The notes below the pieces were generated by a model. It had not been told where the DNA came from. It was given only the letters and a program-made list of their open reading frames with translations, and ran no database searches. A program made the translations under genes and the position numbers. Positions 13,701 through 28,700 of a stretch of 64,000 nt of DNA are shown piece by piece. Position 1 is the first letter of the stretch, and every line of letters begins with the position of its first letter. Source of the DNA: Antedon mediterranea (taxonomy: Eukaryota > Animalia > Echinodermata); assembly GCF_964355755.1 (NCBI RefSeq), contig NC_092679.1, positions 216,201-280,200 on the forward strand. The letters are read 5' to 3'.

Positions 13701-16700
13701 TAAATGAAAAAATTCGATGCTAAATGTATCTAATTTGCATAATAATTGCTTTGTAATGTGGAAGGTGGACATCGGTTTATATTTATTTCCATTGAACTTT
13801 GATGAATTCTGGGTCAGGCTGAGCAATATTATGTATTTAAGACCTACCAGTGATAAATTAGAGAAAAAAAGCAAGTGCCAGTCTATTCATAGACTGTCAT
13901 TGGCAACAGTCACTTTACGGCTAAATCTGGATTGTCCATCTAATGTTAGCAACACTTAGAAATGCACAGACAAACAAATGTTTAAGTCAATGAGCTTAAT
14001 AAATGTGCAATTAACTAAATTAAACATTTATTATATCATTAATATCAGGTTGAACTAACTGGTAGCAGCATGTTTGAATATGTTCATCCGGGAGATCATT
14101 CTGAAATGGCTGAAAAATTAGGAATGAAAATTCCCCTCGGTTCATCAACACCAACATCAACAACAATAAGTTCACTCTCAGGCAATTCATCATCAAATGA
14201 AGACGCAAGCTCTACTGTCACTTCTCCTCATTCTCCAAAAGGCAAGTGTACCTCTATACAAAATCTTAACGAGTGAGATAACTTTTCCATTAAAAAAAAT
14301 GTTTATACATCATATTTATACAGGATAATACTAGACATGTAACTCGTCACTTTGACGAGTTTGGTTATCCGCCGCGCAAGTGGTGCAACATTAACATTAA
14401 GGAGATAGGTTGAGGACAAAAGGAAGTGTTCACGTTGGCATTATGACCTGAACTGAAGAATATGATATGTTGTTATTGCTGAATTTTATTATTTAAATTC
14501 ATATATAGTATACACAGTATAATCTGTATCCATATCACATACAGCTCAGTGACATACAGTGTAGAATAGGTGAAATTACGGGACCCGCTTTTTATTGCAA
14601 TTTTTAACATGTTGACGGTTTTAAAATGAAACGCGAAGGTAGCAATTCCGAAAGGAAATTATCTCAGCAACAACGTATTAGCGTGTAGAAGAAATTTGAA
14701 TACGTGAAATATTGATGCGCGCTTTTTTAAATGTAATGAATTATGACGCAAAAGATGAAAATACGACCTTTTTTATTTAACTGGCCATATGATGACGTCA
14801 CAACATCCGATGGGCAACATTTTTACATAATTTCGTATCTACAATCCAAAAGCTTCCAGAAAAAGTTTTAATCGTGATTATCACATTTTATTCTTACGAG
14901 CTATAACAGATTAAAATTTACTGTAAAGATGAAATTGATGCCACACGTGATTTAAATATTTAGGCATGATGACGTCAAAAAAATTAAAATATTTTTAACT
15001 CATGCGAAAGATAGTTGATTGACCTAGACAATATCAAAATCGGGGTGAAAATGGAAAACGAATAAGTGGAGATGCGCTCTATTCAATGTGATGAGCTATG
15101 ACGAAAGATACAAAAATCCTAAATTTTATATTCGCGTGGCCATACGATGACGTCACAATGTCCGGTTAGCCATATTAATACCTGATCCGATACCTACAAC
15201 TCATCTACTTCCAGAATATGTCATCCACAAAAAGTTGACCGTCTAGTTTAGAAATTACAACTGTTTAAAAAAAGGCATATTTTAAACGAATTTTTTAACC
15301 TTTTCATAAAAAACGCGCGCAAATTGTCCAATTCGACGTGCTCGTATGACGTATCTTTAAGTCGAAATTGTTTAAAATTTGGTAAAATTACTAGAAAAGG
15401 CTGGAAAAACATAAATCACGCGAAAAAAATACGTTTTCAATGCTACGTGCGCACCGCACACGTAAAAATGTGCGCACACGTGGGAATTTTTGACATGCTT
15501 AAAACGACATGAAACGCGTAGAAAGTTGATTATAAATTAATTTTGCGCATTTTGAAATTTTAAATGCGCGTGCGCGCGTAACTTTGTGTAAAACACGCAA
15601 TTTTTTTTCAACAGAAAGTTAGCGCATGATATAAATTAAACTTTTGCAAAGTTTCACTTTAAAATGTTATTTGGTTTTCGACATATGTTAAATACGAGAA
15701 AATCGTTAAATCGCGCGTACGTCACGTTGCGCAATTGTAAACATCATGAAAAGCTTCGCTTGACGACGTTACATAAATGTCAAAATGTTAACATAGTTAA
15801 CAAAATGTTATGTTTGCAAGTTTTAGAGAAAAGCGTTACACAAAAATCATACAGAAAGAAAGAAGATTAAGACTAGACATGTAACTCGTCACTTTGACGA
15901 GTTAGTTATCCGCACGACAAAGGCCACGTAGACGTCATACGTTAGAATATTGCACACAGAAAAAGATTGTGGCAATATGACCTGAACTGAAGAATATGAT
16001 ATGTTGTTATTGCTGAATTCTGTTATTTTGTGTCATATTATATATACAATATAATCTGTATACATATTACATACTGTGTAGAATAGGTGAAATGACTGGA
16101 CCCGCCATTTATTCCAATTTTTAACATAGCGACGGTATCAAAATGAAATACTAAGATAGCAATTTCGGAAGGAAATTATCTCGGCAACAACATATTAATG
16201 TGTAGAAGAAATTTAAATACGTAAAATATTGATGCGCGCTCTTTTAAATGTGATGAATTATGACGCAAAAGATGAAAATACGACTTTTTTTATTTAACTG
16301 GTCATATGATGACGTCACAACATCCGATTGGCAAAATGTTTACATAAATTCGTATCTACAATCCAATAGCTTCCAGAAAACGTTTTAATCATGATTATCA
16401 CGTTTTATTCTGACGAGCTATAACAGATTGAAATTTACTGTAAAGACGAAAATAAGTGACCCACGTTATTTACATTTTTAGACATGATGACGTCATAAAA
16501 ATTAAAATATTTTTAACTCATACGAAAGATAGTTGATTGACCTAGATAATATAAAAATCGGGGTAAAAATGGAAAACAGATAATTGGAGATGCGCTCTAT
16601 TAAATGTCATGCGCTATGATGAAAGATACAAAAATCCTATATTTTATATTCGCGTGGCCATACGATGACGTCACAATGTCCGGTTAGCCATATTATTACA

Positions 16701-19700
16701 TGATCCGATATCTACACCTCATCAACTTCAAGAATATGTCATCCACAAAAAGTTGACCGTCCAGTTTAGAAATTACGACTGTTTAAAAAAAGGCATAATT
16801 TTGACAAATTTTAACGAATTTTTTACCTTTTTCATCAAAAACCCACGTAAATTATCCAATTCGACGTGCCCGTATGACGTAATTTTAAGTCTAAATCGTT
16901 TAAAAGTTGGTAAAATTACTAAAAAAGGCTGGAAAAACATAAATCACGTGAAAAAAATTGTTTTCAACGCTACGTGCGCACGGCGCGCGTAAAAAAATGC
17001 GCACGCGTGGGAATTTTTTACCTGCTCAAAATGACATGAAACGCGTAGAAAGTGGATTAGAAATTGATTTTTCGCGTTTTGAAATTTTAAACGCGCGTGC
17101 GCGCGTAACTTCGTGTAAAACATGCCATTTTTTTTACAAAGTCAGTTAGCGCAAGATATAACTAAAACTTTTGTTAAGTTTCAATTTAAATTGTTATATG
17201 GTTTTCGATGTATGTTAAATACGCGAAATTCGTTAAAACGCGCGTAAGTCATGTTGTGCAATTCTGACGTCATTCAGAAATAGAAAAGCACAACTTCAGG
17301 TGAATACCCATATGTTGACAAAGTTATGAAATGTTAATTTTACACGTTTTTGAGATATGCTCTGCACAAAAATGACAGAAAGAAAGAATAATACAGAAAA
17401 AAAAAAAAGATGATGAAACAGGACAGTTACAAGGAGTTATCCGCTGAGTGCGGATAACTAACTAGACATGTAACTCGTCACTTTGACGAGTTTGGTTATC
17501 CGCCGCACAAGTGGTGCAACATTAACATTAAGGGGATAGGTTGAGGACAAAAGGAAGTGTTCACGTTGGCATTATGACCTGAACTGAAGAATATGATATG
17601 TTTGTTATTGCTGAATTTTATTATTTAAATTCATATATAGTATACACAGTATAATCTGTATCCATATCACATACAGTGTAGAATAGGTGAAATTACGGGA
17701 CCCGCTATTTATTGCAATTTTTAACATGTTGACGGTTTTAAAATGAAACGCGAAGATAGCAATTCCGAAAGGAAATTATCTCAGCAACAACGTATTAGCG
17801 TGTAGAAGAAATTTGAATACGTGAAATATTGATGCGCGCTCTTTTAAATGTAATGAATTATGACGCAAAAGATGAAAATACGACCTTTTTTATTTAACTG
17901 GCCATATAATGACGTCACAACATCCGATTGGCAACATTTTTACATAATTTCGTATCTACAATCCAATAGCTTCCAGAAAAAGTTTTAATCGTGATTATCA
18001 CATTTTATTCTTTCGAGCTATAACAGATTAAAATTTACTGTAAAGATGAAATTGATGCCACACGTGATTTAAATTTTTAGGCATGATGACGTCAAAAAAA
18101 TTAAAATATTTTTAACTCATGCGAAAGATAGTTGATTGACCTAGACAATATCAAAATCGGGGTGAAAATGGAAATCGGATAAGTGGAGATGCGCTCTATT
18201 CAATGTGATGAGCTATGACGAATGATACAAAAATCCTAAATTTTATATTCGCGTGGCCATACGATGACGTCACTAGGTCCGGTTAGCCATATTAATACCT
18301 GATCCGATATCTATAACTCATCTACTTCTAGAATATGTCATCCACAAAAATTTGACCGTTTAGGTTAGAAATTACGACTGTTTAAAAAAAGGCATATTTT
18401 AAACGAATTTTTTAACCTTTTCATAAAAAACGCGCGCAAATTGTCCAATTCGACGTGCTCGTATGACGTATCTTTAAGTCGAAATTGTTTAAAATTTGGT
18501 AAAATTACTAGAAAAGGCTGGAAAAACATAAATTACGCAAAAAAAATACGTTTTCGATGCTACGTGCGCACCGCACACGTAAAAATGTGCGCACGCGTGG
18601 GAATTGTTGACATGCTTAAAACGACATGAAACGCGTAGAAAGTTGATTAAAAATTAATTTTGCGCATTTTGAAATTTTATATGCGTGTGCGCGCGTAACT
18701 TTGTGTAAAATACGCAATTTTTTTTCAACAGAAAGTTAGCGCATGATATAAATTAAACTTTTGCAAAGTTTCAAGTTGAAATGTTATTTGGTTGTCGAGC
18801 TATGTTAAATACGACAAAATCGTTAAATCGCGCGTAAGTCACGTTGCGCAATTGTAAACATCATGAAAAGCTTCGCTGCACATCTTCATGTGCACGACGA
18901 TATGTTGAGAAAGTTACAAAATGTTATGTTTGCAAGTTTTCGAGAAAAGCGTTCCACAAAAATCATACAGAAAGAAAGAAGAGAAATACTAGACATGTAA
19001 CTCGTCACTTTGACGAGTTAGTTATCCGCACGACAAAGGCCACGTAGACGTCATACGTTAGAATATTGCACACAGAAAAAGATTGTGGCAATATGACCTG
19101 AACTGAAGAATATGATATGTTGTTATTGCTGAATTCTGTTATTTTGTGTCATATTATATATACAATATAATCTGTATACATATTACATACTGTGTAGAAT
19201 AGGTGAAATGACTGGACCCGCCATTTATTCCAATTTTTAACATAGCGACGGTATCAAAATGAAATACTAAGATAGCAATTTCGGAAGGAAATTATCTCGG
19301 CAACAACATATTAATGTGTAGAAGAAATTTAAATACGTAAAATATTGATGCGCGCTCTTTTAAATGTGATGAATTATGACGCAAAAGATGAAAATACGAC
19401 TTTTTTTATTTAACTGGTCATATGATGACGTCACAACATCCGATTGGCAAAATGTTTACATAAATTCGTATCTACAATCCAATAGCTTCCAGAAAACGTT
19501 TTAATCATGATTATCACGTTTTATTCTGACGAGCTATAACAGATTGAAATTTACTGTAAAGACGAAAATAAGTGACCCACGTTATTTACATTTTTAGACA
19601 TGATGACGTCATAAAAATTAAAATATTTTTAACTCATACGAAAGATAGTTGATTGACCTAGATAATATAAAAATCGGGGTAAAAATGGAAAACAGATAAT

Positions 19701-22700
19701 TGGAGATGCGCTCTATTAAATGTCATGCGCTATGATGAAAGATACAAAAATCCTATATTTTATATTCGCGTGGCCATACGATGACGTCACAATGTCCGGT
19801 TAGCCATATTATTACATGATCCGATATCTACACCTCATCAACTTCAAGAATATGTCATCCACAAAAAGTTGACCGTCCAGTTTAGAAATTACGACTGTTT
19901 AAAAAAAGGCATAATTTTGACAAATTTTAACGAATTTTTTACCTTTTTCATCAAAAACCCACGTAAATTATCCAATTCGACGTGCCCGTATGACGTAATT
20001 TTAAGTCTAAATCGTTTAAAAGTTGGTAAAATTACTAAAAAAGGCTGGAAAAATATAAATCACGTGAAAAAAATTGTTTTCAACGCTACGTGCGCACGGC
20101 GCGCGTAAAAAAATGCGCACGCGTGGGAATTTTTTACCTGCTCAAAATGACATGAAACGCGTAGAAAGTGGATTAGAAATTGATTTTTCGCGTTTTGAAA
20201 TTTTAAACGCGCGTGCGCGCGTAACTTCGTGTAAAACATGCCATTTTTTTTACAAAGTCAGTTAGCGCAAGATATAACTAAAACTTTTGTTAAGTTTCAA
20301 TTTAAATTGTTATATGGTTTTCGATGTATGTTAAATACGCGAAATTCGTTAAAACGCGCGTAAGTCATGTTGTGCAATTCTGACGTCATTCAGAAATAGA
20401 AAAGCACAACTTCAGGTGAATACCCATATGTTGACAAAGTTATGAAATGTTAATTTTACACGTTTTTGAGATATGCTCTGCACAAAAATGACAGAAAGAA
20501 AGAATAATACAGAAAAAAAAAAAAGATGATGAAACAGGACAGTTACAAGGAGTTATCCGCTGAGTGCGGATAACTAACTAGACATGTAACTCGTCACTTT
20601 GACGAGTTAGTTATCCGCACGACAAAGGCCACGTAGACGTCATACGTTAGAATATTGCACACAGAAAAAGATTGTGGCAATATGACCTGAACTGAAGAAT
20701 ATGATATGTTGTTATTGCTGAATTCTGTTATTTTGTGTCATATTATATATACAATATAATCTGTATACATATTACATACTGTGTAGAATAGGTGAAATGA
20801 CTGGACCCGCCATTTATTCCAATTTTTAACATAGCGACGGTATCAAAATGAAATACTAAGATAGCAATTTCGGAAGGAAATTATCTCGGCAACAACATAT
20901 TAATGTGTAGAAGAAATTTAAATACGTAAAATATTGATGCGCGCTCTTTTAAATGTGATGAATTATGACGCAAAAGATGAAAATACGACTTTTTTTATTT
21001 AACTGGTCATATGATGACGTCACAACATCCGATTGGCAAAATGTTTACATAAATTCGTATCTACAATCCAATAGCTTCCAGAAAACGTTTTAATCATGAT
21101 TATCACGTTTTATTCTGACGAGCTATAACAGATTGAAATTTACTGTAAAGACGAAAATAAGTGACCCACGTTATTTACATTTTTAGACATGATGACGTCA
21201 TAAAAATTAAAATATTTTTAACTCATACGAAAGATAGTTGATTGACCTAGATAATATAAAAATCGGGGTAAAAATGGAAAACAGATAATTGGAGATGCGC
21301 TCTATTAAATGTCATGCGCTATGATGAAAGATACAAAAATCCTATATTTTATATTCGCGTGGCCATACGATGACGTCACAATGTCCGGTTAGCCATATTA
21401 TTACATGATCCGATATCTACACCTCATCAACTTCAAGAATATGTCATCCACAAAAAGTTGACCGTCCAGTTTAGAAATTACGACTGTTTAAAAAAAGGCA
21501 TAATTTTGACAAATTTTAACGAATTTTTTACCTTTTTCATCAAAAACCCACGTAAATTATCCAATTCGACGTGCCCGTATGACGTAATTTTAAGTCTAAA
21601 TCGTTTAAAAGTTGGTAAAATTACTAAAAAAGGCTGGAAAAATATAAATCACGTGAAAAAAATTGTTTTCAACGCTACGTGCGCACGGCGCGCGTAAAAA
21701 AATGCGCACGCGTGGGAATTTTTTACCTGCTCAAAATGACATGAAACGCGTAGAAAGTGGATTAGAAATTGATTTTTCGCGTTTTGAAATTTTAAACGCG
21801 CGTGCGCGCGTAACTTCGTGTAAAACATGCCATTTTTTTTACAAAGTCAGTTAGCGCAAGATATAACTAAAACTTTTGTTAAGTTTCAATTTAAATTGTT
21901 ATATGGTTTTCGATGTATGTTAAATACGCGAAATTCGTTAAAACGCGCGTAAGTCATGTTGTGCAATTCTGACGTCATTCAGAAATAGAAAAGCACAACT
22001 TCAGGTGAATACCCATATGTTGACAAAGTTATGAAATGTTAATTTTACACGTTTTTGAGATATGCTCTGCACAAAAATGACAGAAAGAAAGAATAATACA
22101 GAAAAAAAAAAAAGATGATGAAACAGGACAGTTACAAGGAGTTATCCGCTGAGTGCGGATAACTAACTAGACATGAAACTCGTCACTTTGACGAGTTAGT
22201 TATCCGCACGACAAATGCCACGAGCACGTCATACGTTGGAATATTGCACACAGAAAAAGATTATGGCATTATGACAAGAACTGAAGAATATGATTATGTT
22301 GTTATTGCTGAATTCTGTTATTTTGTGTCTTATAGTATATACAATATAATCTGTATACATATTACATACAGTGTAGAATAGATGAAATTACGGGACCCCC
22401 CGTTTATTCCTATTTTTAACATGGCGACGGTATCAAAATGAAAAACTAAGACAGCAATTTGGGAAGGAAATTATTTCAGTAACAACATATTAAAGTGCAG
22501 AAAAAATTTGAATACGTGAAATATTGATGCACGCTCTTTTAAATGTAATGAATTATGACGCAAAAGATGAAAATACGACTTTTCTTATTTAACTGGCCAT
22601 ATGATGACGTCACAACATCCGAATGGCAACATTTTTAGATGATTTTGTATCTACAATCCAATAGCTTCCAGAAAACGTTTTAATCGTGATTATCACATTT

Positions 22701-25700
22701 TATTCGTACGAGCTATAACAGATTAAAATTTACTGTAAAGATGAAATTAAAGGCACACGTAATTTAAATTTTTAGGCATGATGACGTCATAAAAATTAAA
22801 ATATTTTTAACTCATGCAAAGGATAGTTGATTGACCTAGACAATATTAAAATCGGCGTGAAAATGGAAAACGGATAAGTGGAGATGCGCTCTATTCAATG
22901 TGATGCGCTATGACAAAAGAGAAAAAATCCCTATATTTTATATTCGAGTGGCCATACGATGACGTCTAAATGTCCGGTTAGCCATATTGATGCATGATAC
23001 GATATCTACAACTCATCATCTTCCAGAAAACGTAATAAAAACAACTTTTACCGTTTAGTTTAGAAACTACAACTGTTTAAAAAAAGGTATAATTTTGAAA
23101 AATTTTGATGAATTTTTGAACTTTTTCATAAAAAAACGCACATAAATTATCCAATTCTACGGGCTCGTATGACGTGATTTTAAGTCGAAATCGTTTAAAA
23201 GTTGGTAAAATTACTAGAAAAGGCTGGAAAAACCTAAATCACGCGAAAAAAATTGTTTTCAACGCTACGTGCGCACCACGCGCGTAAAAATATTCGCGCG
23301 CGTGGGAATTTTTTACATGCTCAAAATGACATGAAACGCGTAGAAAGTTGATTAGAAATTGATTTTTTGCATTTTTAATTTTTAAACGCGCGTGCGCGCG
23401 TAACTTCGTGTGAAACATGCCATTTTTTTTTCACAGTCGGTTAGCGCAGAATATAAATTTAACTTTTGCTAAGTTTCAATTTAAATTGTTATATGGTTTT
23501 TGATTAATGTTAAATACGCTAAATTCCTTAAAACGCGCGTAAGTCATGTTGCGCAATTCTGACGTCATTCAAAAATAAAAAAGCACAACTTCACGTGAAT
23601 GCCCATATGTTGACAAAGTTATGAAATGTTAACTGTACACGTTTTTGAGATATGCTCTGCACAAAAATGACAGAAAGAAAGAAGAATACAGAAAAAAAAA
23701 AAAGATGATGAAACAGGACAGTTACAAGGAGTTATCCGCTCAATGCGGATAACTAAAAAAGATGTTGATGATTTCGTACAATCACAAGAGGTTATCCTGC
23801 AACTTCGTTGCGGATAACCAATAATTCAGAAATAGGGTGGTACAACAACTGATGGGTGGGCTATACAGTTAGTCATACGGTACCGTAGTCATTCCTTTTG
23901 AAGAAAGATTATGTTCTCTCCGACTCGTTCCTTTTACAATTGAGTAAGCTTGTGCATACTTGATCGTAGAGATAGAAAGATCTCTACCGGACTACTCTTT
24001 AAGATTACACAAACAATAGTGTTTTTTAATTATTTCTATAATGTGTTGAGCCTACTAGACCTATAATATTGGGGGTTTTTTTTCAATTTAAAACAGAAAA
24101 GGAGCAGCTTACATACATTTTAGGAATTCGAATGTAATTATTTCGGAGGTGTAAAATTTAATTTTTATTTTCACAGAAACTAATTAGCAAAGATATCTGA
24201 CCTGATGTTCACATCAAGTCATATTTTGATTACTTGTAGTAAGAATTATAAGGAGACTTCTTATATTAATGTTTTCTCTACTAATTTCATTTTCATAGTT
24301 TTATTCTTGTCTAATTTTCTTATTATACTATCAATATGTTTCATTACAAACGAAATATACGTCACATAGTCAATTTGATTGCAAAATCATTCCTGTACAT
24401 TTCATTTATTCCCAAGATAGCATAAAACTAAAGATTTTTTAACCCACTTTCAATGACCTTCCTGTGTAGATCAAAATGAAATAGTAAATGAAATTATTTA
24501 TGTCTTGGCTATTTCTCTCTTATTTCAAGAATTATTTGATATTAAGGTGGACGCCTTTTCTTCAAACTGTCTTTGTTACGTGTCCAAAGGTTTGTGTGGC
24601 CCACTTTACTATCATGTTAAATCACATGAATGTTGAACGGGTTGAATAGCCTGTACTTTACGGCTAGCGTCTTAGTAAAATAATATCTGTAGCCAAAGTA
24701 GTATTCGAAAACATGTCAAGTAAACTTGTTTGCGATATTTTACAAATTTACCCAATACACGAACGGTATCATACTATGATACCGACAGTAAACAGAATGC
24801 AGTTTCTCACTTTCTGAAAATAACCTTTATCCCATGTGATACTGTATATCCTCTCCTGGCACTATGGTCGCCCTCTTCTTCAAATATGTCCACGAATTAG
24901 GTGCCGGTATGTCGTCAGCAGACGCGATACTGCAAATGTTTATGTTTGTTACTGTACGGGAATTCGTCAATCAATTTATTTTAAATAGCAATTGACATGA
25001 CAATAGTGTTAGGTTTCACAAACATTCATGTCAATACAAAACACAACAAATATCTTTTTTTTAAATATAAAATAATATGGCTGGCTGTCATTAATACCAT
25101 TGGTAATCACTGTTAATTGTTTAGACTCAATGGTTCAATAATACAATTCATCAACGTGTCAGCTATTTTCATATTGATTTCAATTAAATTTCTTTTCATA
25201 AGCAAGTCAAGTAAAAAGTAGTTAGATATGGAATGTGACTCACACAGAGTCGAGTCAAATGTAGTGCGGAAACAAACACATTTAACTAATAATAATAATG
25301 TTACTTTTAACCGGCTTGTGGATTGTGAGACGTTTTTACACTCCATAAATACTGTACAAAACTTATATTTTAGTTTTTTTATTCTACACAAGGCATATTT
25401 CAATTTATATGTTTCTATTGTGTAGTTTGTAATTCAACAAGACTAAAACGTTTCATGTTTACTTTTGTAGAACATTTGTCAATGAACATGAGTGCGAATG
25501 GCAGTTTACTGGAAAGATCATTTATAGTAAGAATGAAGTCTACATTAACAAAGCGTGGCGTACATATAAAGTCGTCTGGATATAAGGTATTACTACAGTC
25601 ATTTTAAGATTAAAACAATCTACAACTATAGCAAAGAGAGGGGATGATACCATGGGTACAATATTATACATGTCTTTACTTAAATGTAGTGTACTTTATT

Positions 25701-28700
25701 ACACTCCATGGATGCATCACACAGCAGGTCTATACAACCCGTAGCCAGGATACTTTATTACACTCCATGGATGCATCACACAGCAGGTCTATAAAACCCG
25801 TAGCCAGGATTTTTACACGATAGTTCATTTTCCACAAAAAGGGGCAAGTGCAATAACTGAATGAAATATAGAGTTAGGCCTACCAGTAGATGAAAATAAT
25901 TTTCCGCCTGGCTACGTAGAATTGAACAAAAAATTGTCATGAGTAATACACTCCATATATAGCTGCACTGTGTGTCTGTGCACCCTTCTCCTTACCTACC
26001 ACTGATGTTTGCAGTAAATGGAAAATAACTATTTCAATTTACGGGATATTAAAATAAACTCAAAGGCTTAAAACCTACTGAGAAATAAATAAAATAAGTT
26101 ATAACAAATGCTTCATTTCCAAGCGTCATGATAACTCTTTTTAATTTCAATCGTTCACATTATAAATATTTTATTTTTGACACAAGTGAATTATTTATTA
26201 ATCAGATTAAGAAATTGATCATGCATACAAAACCCGCATACTTCATGTATTATTTGTCTGATTGTGACAGTACTACACAGTACTGCAAAACTTTTAATCA
26301 ACATTATAGGCCTATAGTTTTAAGATTTGACATAACAGTAGATATTATAGTTAATGCTCTTTCGGAAAAATAGCGCGCAGCTCGCTTAATACAAATGTCC
26401 ATGACATATCCTAACATTTTTTTTAAATGAAGACAAATTAAGAAAGGTTCCAGTTCGCCACTCCGTTCTGAAGTCTTGTGAATTTATGCTATATTTATAT
26501 AATAAATGATTTTTAAAATATATTTGTTTTGCAGGTTATTCATATAACATGTTCCATGCGGCCAAGATTGATTTTAAGCCACCATCCAGGACAAAGAATA
26601 CCACTTAACATTATGGGATTGACTGGCCTAGCTTACTCGTTGCCTCCACCGTCCATTAACGAAATCCGTCTGGATTCTTCTTGTTTTGTGTGTAGAGTAG
26701 ATTTAGGTCTAAATATTAACTTTTGTGAGAACAAGTAAGTTGGTTACTTCTTCGATATTTGCATAAATGAACTGAATCGATTTGAATTATACAAATACTA
26801 CAATTTATGTTTTTATATTTTTCTTTGAACTTTATTTGTTCATTTGAATATTCGGGGTTTTATATTATAAAACACTATGTGTTAAGATGTAATTGGTAAT
26901 GTTTTTTTTCTTTAGGATATGTGATTTCCTTGATTATACTGCAGAGGATGTTACTGGCAAAAGCTTGTATTCTTTCCTACATGCTCAAGATATTGCTGAC
27001 ATGAAAGCAAGTCACAATGATTGTAAGTAGACATAAACTATTGAAGTTCTCACCAAAGATACTATTCTATAGTTTATCATCTTTGGTTCCCATCCCACTA
27101 GGAAGCAACGCGCTCAACCTATGGATCATCTTTGGTTCCCATTCCACTAGGAAGCAACGCGCTCAACCTATGGATCATCTTTGGTTCCCATCCCACTAGG
27201 AAGCAACGCGCTCAACCTATGGATCATCTTTGGTTCCCATCCCACTAGGAAGCAACGCGCTCAACCTATGGATCATCCAAACTGTCGCTTGTAATTGGTA
27301 AACTCACTTGCGGTGCGTTGCGCGTACGTACGTTTGTGCTGCGTCTAAGTAAGTGGGAACCAAGCTTTACCATTATTCAAAAGGTCTTTTCATATTACAT
27401 ATTCTCCCTAATTATTAAACTTTCTGTTCATACTTGTCCTCCTAGCATATTATTAACGTCCAATTGAAAATAAAATAAATTGATATTTTTTTGTAATTCA
27501 TTTAGTGTTAAATAAAGGCCAAGTAATTACCAAATACTTTCGGTGGATGACGAAGGCAGGGGGTTACGTATGGATGGAATCTACAGCAACGCTTCTGTTT
27601 ACAAAATCTGCAGATGAAAAAGCGTTTGTCTTTGTTAATAATATAATAAGGTATGTAAAGCTATGTCTACACTATCAAACTTTATGGTGAACAACAAATT
27701 GTGACGTGATGATGTCATATCACTACCATAATTGGTCACATCACACTTTTTCGTCAAACTAGTTTGATAGTATAGACAGAGCCTTAGTATAAGTCTTTGT
27801 TTTATGTTATTGAATTGTTTTTGATATTGTATTTGTACATGATGATAAAAGAATTTTATTTATTATTATTTCAATTCACTTTATCAATATTATATCTTTT
27901 GTAATTTAATTTCAGTAAATTAGAATTAAGAGAATGTATTATGGATATCAATCAAATGACAGAGCTTCCAAAAATATCAACTTGCAAAGTATCTACATCA
28001 AAAGAGAATGAAGAGAATAACGAGCGCAATACAGAAGGCAGAACTGACTTAAAGGGAGAGTCATCGGCAGATTGGTGCAGAGGAGGTGAATTAAAGGGAG
28101 AGTCATCAGGTTGGTGGTGCGTTTACCATTATATTAAAGGTTTATAATGCATGCATACAAACTGAAAATAACTCATATGTCTCAGAATCTAAAGTAACTA
28201 TTTTTCCAAACTAATACACAATTAATATTCTTGCTCAGTGACCACCAGTCCGTACATATTCTATATCATTTCTTTTCTTTTGTATTCTATCTTTTTTTCT
28301 TTCTTTCCTTCCTTTCCTTCTTTCCTTCCTTTCCTTTCTTTCCTTCCTTTCCTTCTTTCTTTCCTTCCTTTCCTTCTTTCTTTCCTTCTTTCTTTCTTTC
28401 CTTTCTTTCTTTCTTTCCTTCTTTCTTTTCTTTCTTTCCTTCTTTCTTTTCTTTCTTTCCTTCTTTCCTTCTTTCTTTCCTTCTTTCTTTTCTTTCTTTC
28501 CTTCTTTCTTTTCTTTCTTTCCTTCTTTCTTTCCTTTTTTCTTTCCTTCTTTCCTTTCTTTCCTTCTTTCTTTTCTTCTTTCCTTCCTTTCCTTCTTTTT
28601 TTTCCTTCTTTCCTTCCTTTCCTTCTTTTTTTCCTTCTTTCCTTCCTTTCCTTCTTTCCTTCTTTCCTTTCTTTCCTTCTTTCCTTCTTTTTTTCTTTCT

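Noticed and set aside
15324-21854. Repeated 62-79 aa ORFs in the large array as a tandem gene family or transposase
   Set aside because: Frames are not preserved between subfamilies and show no Rep, helicase or DDE motifs.
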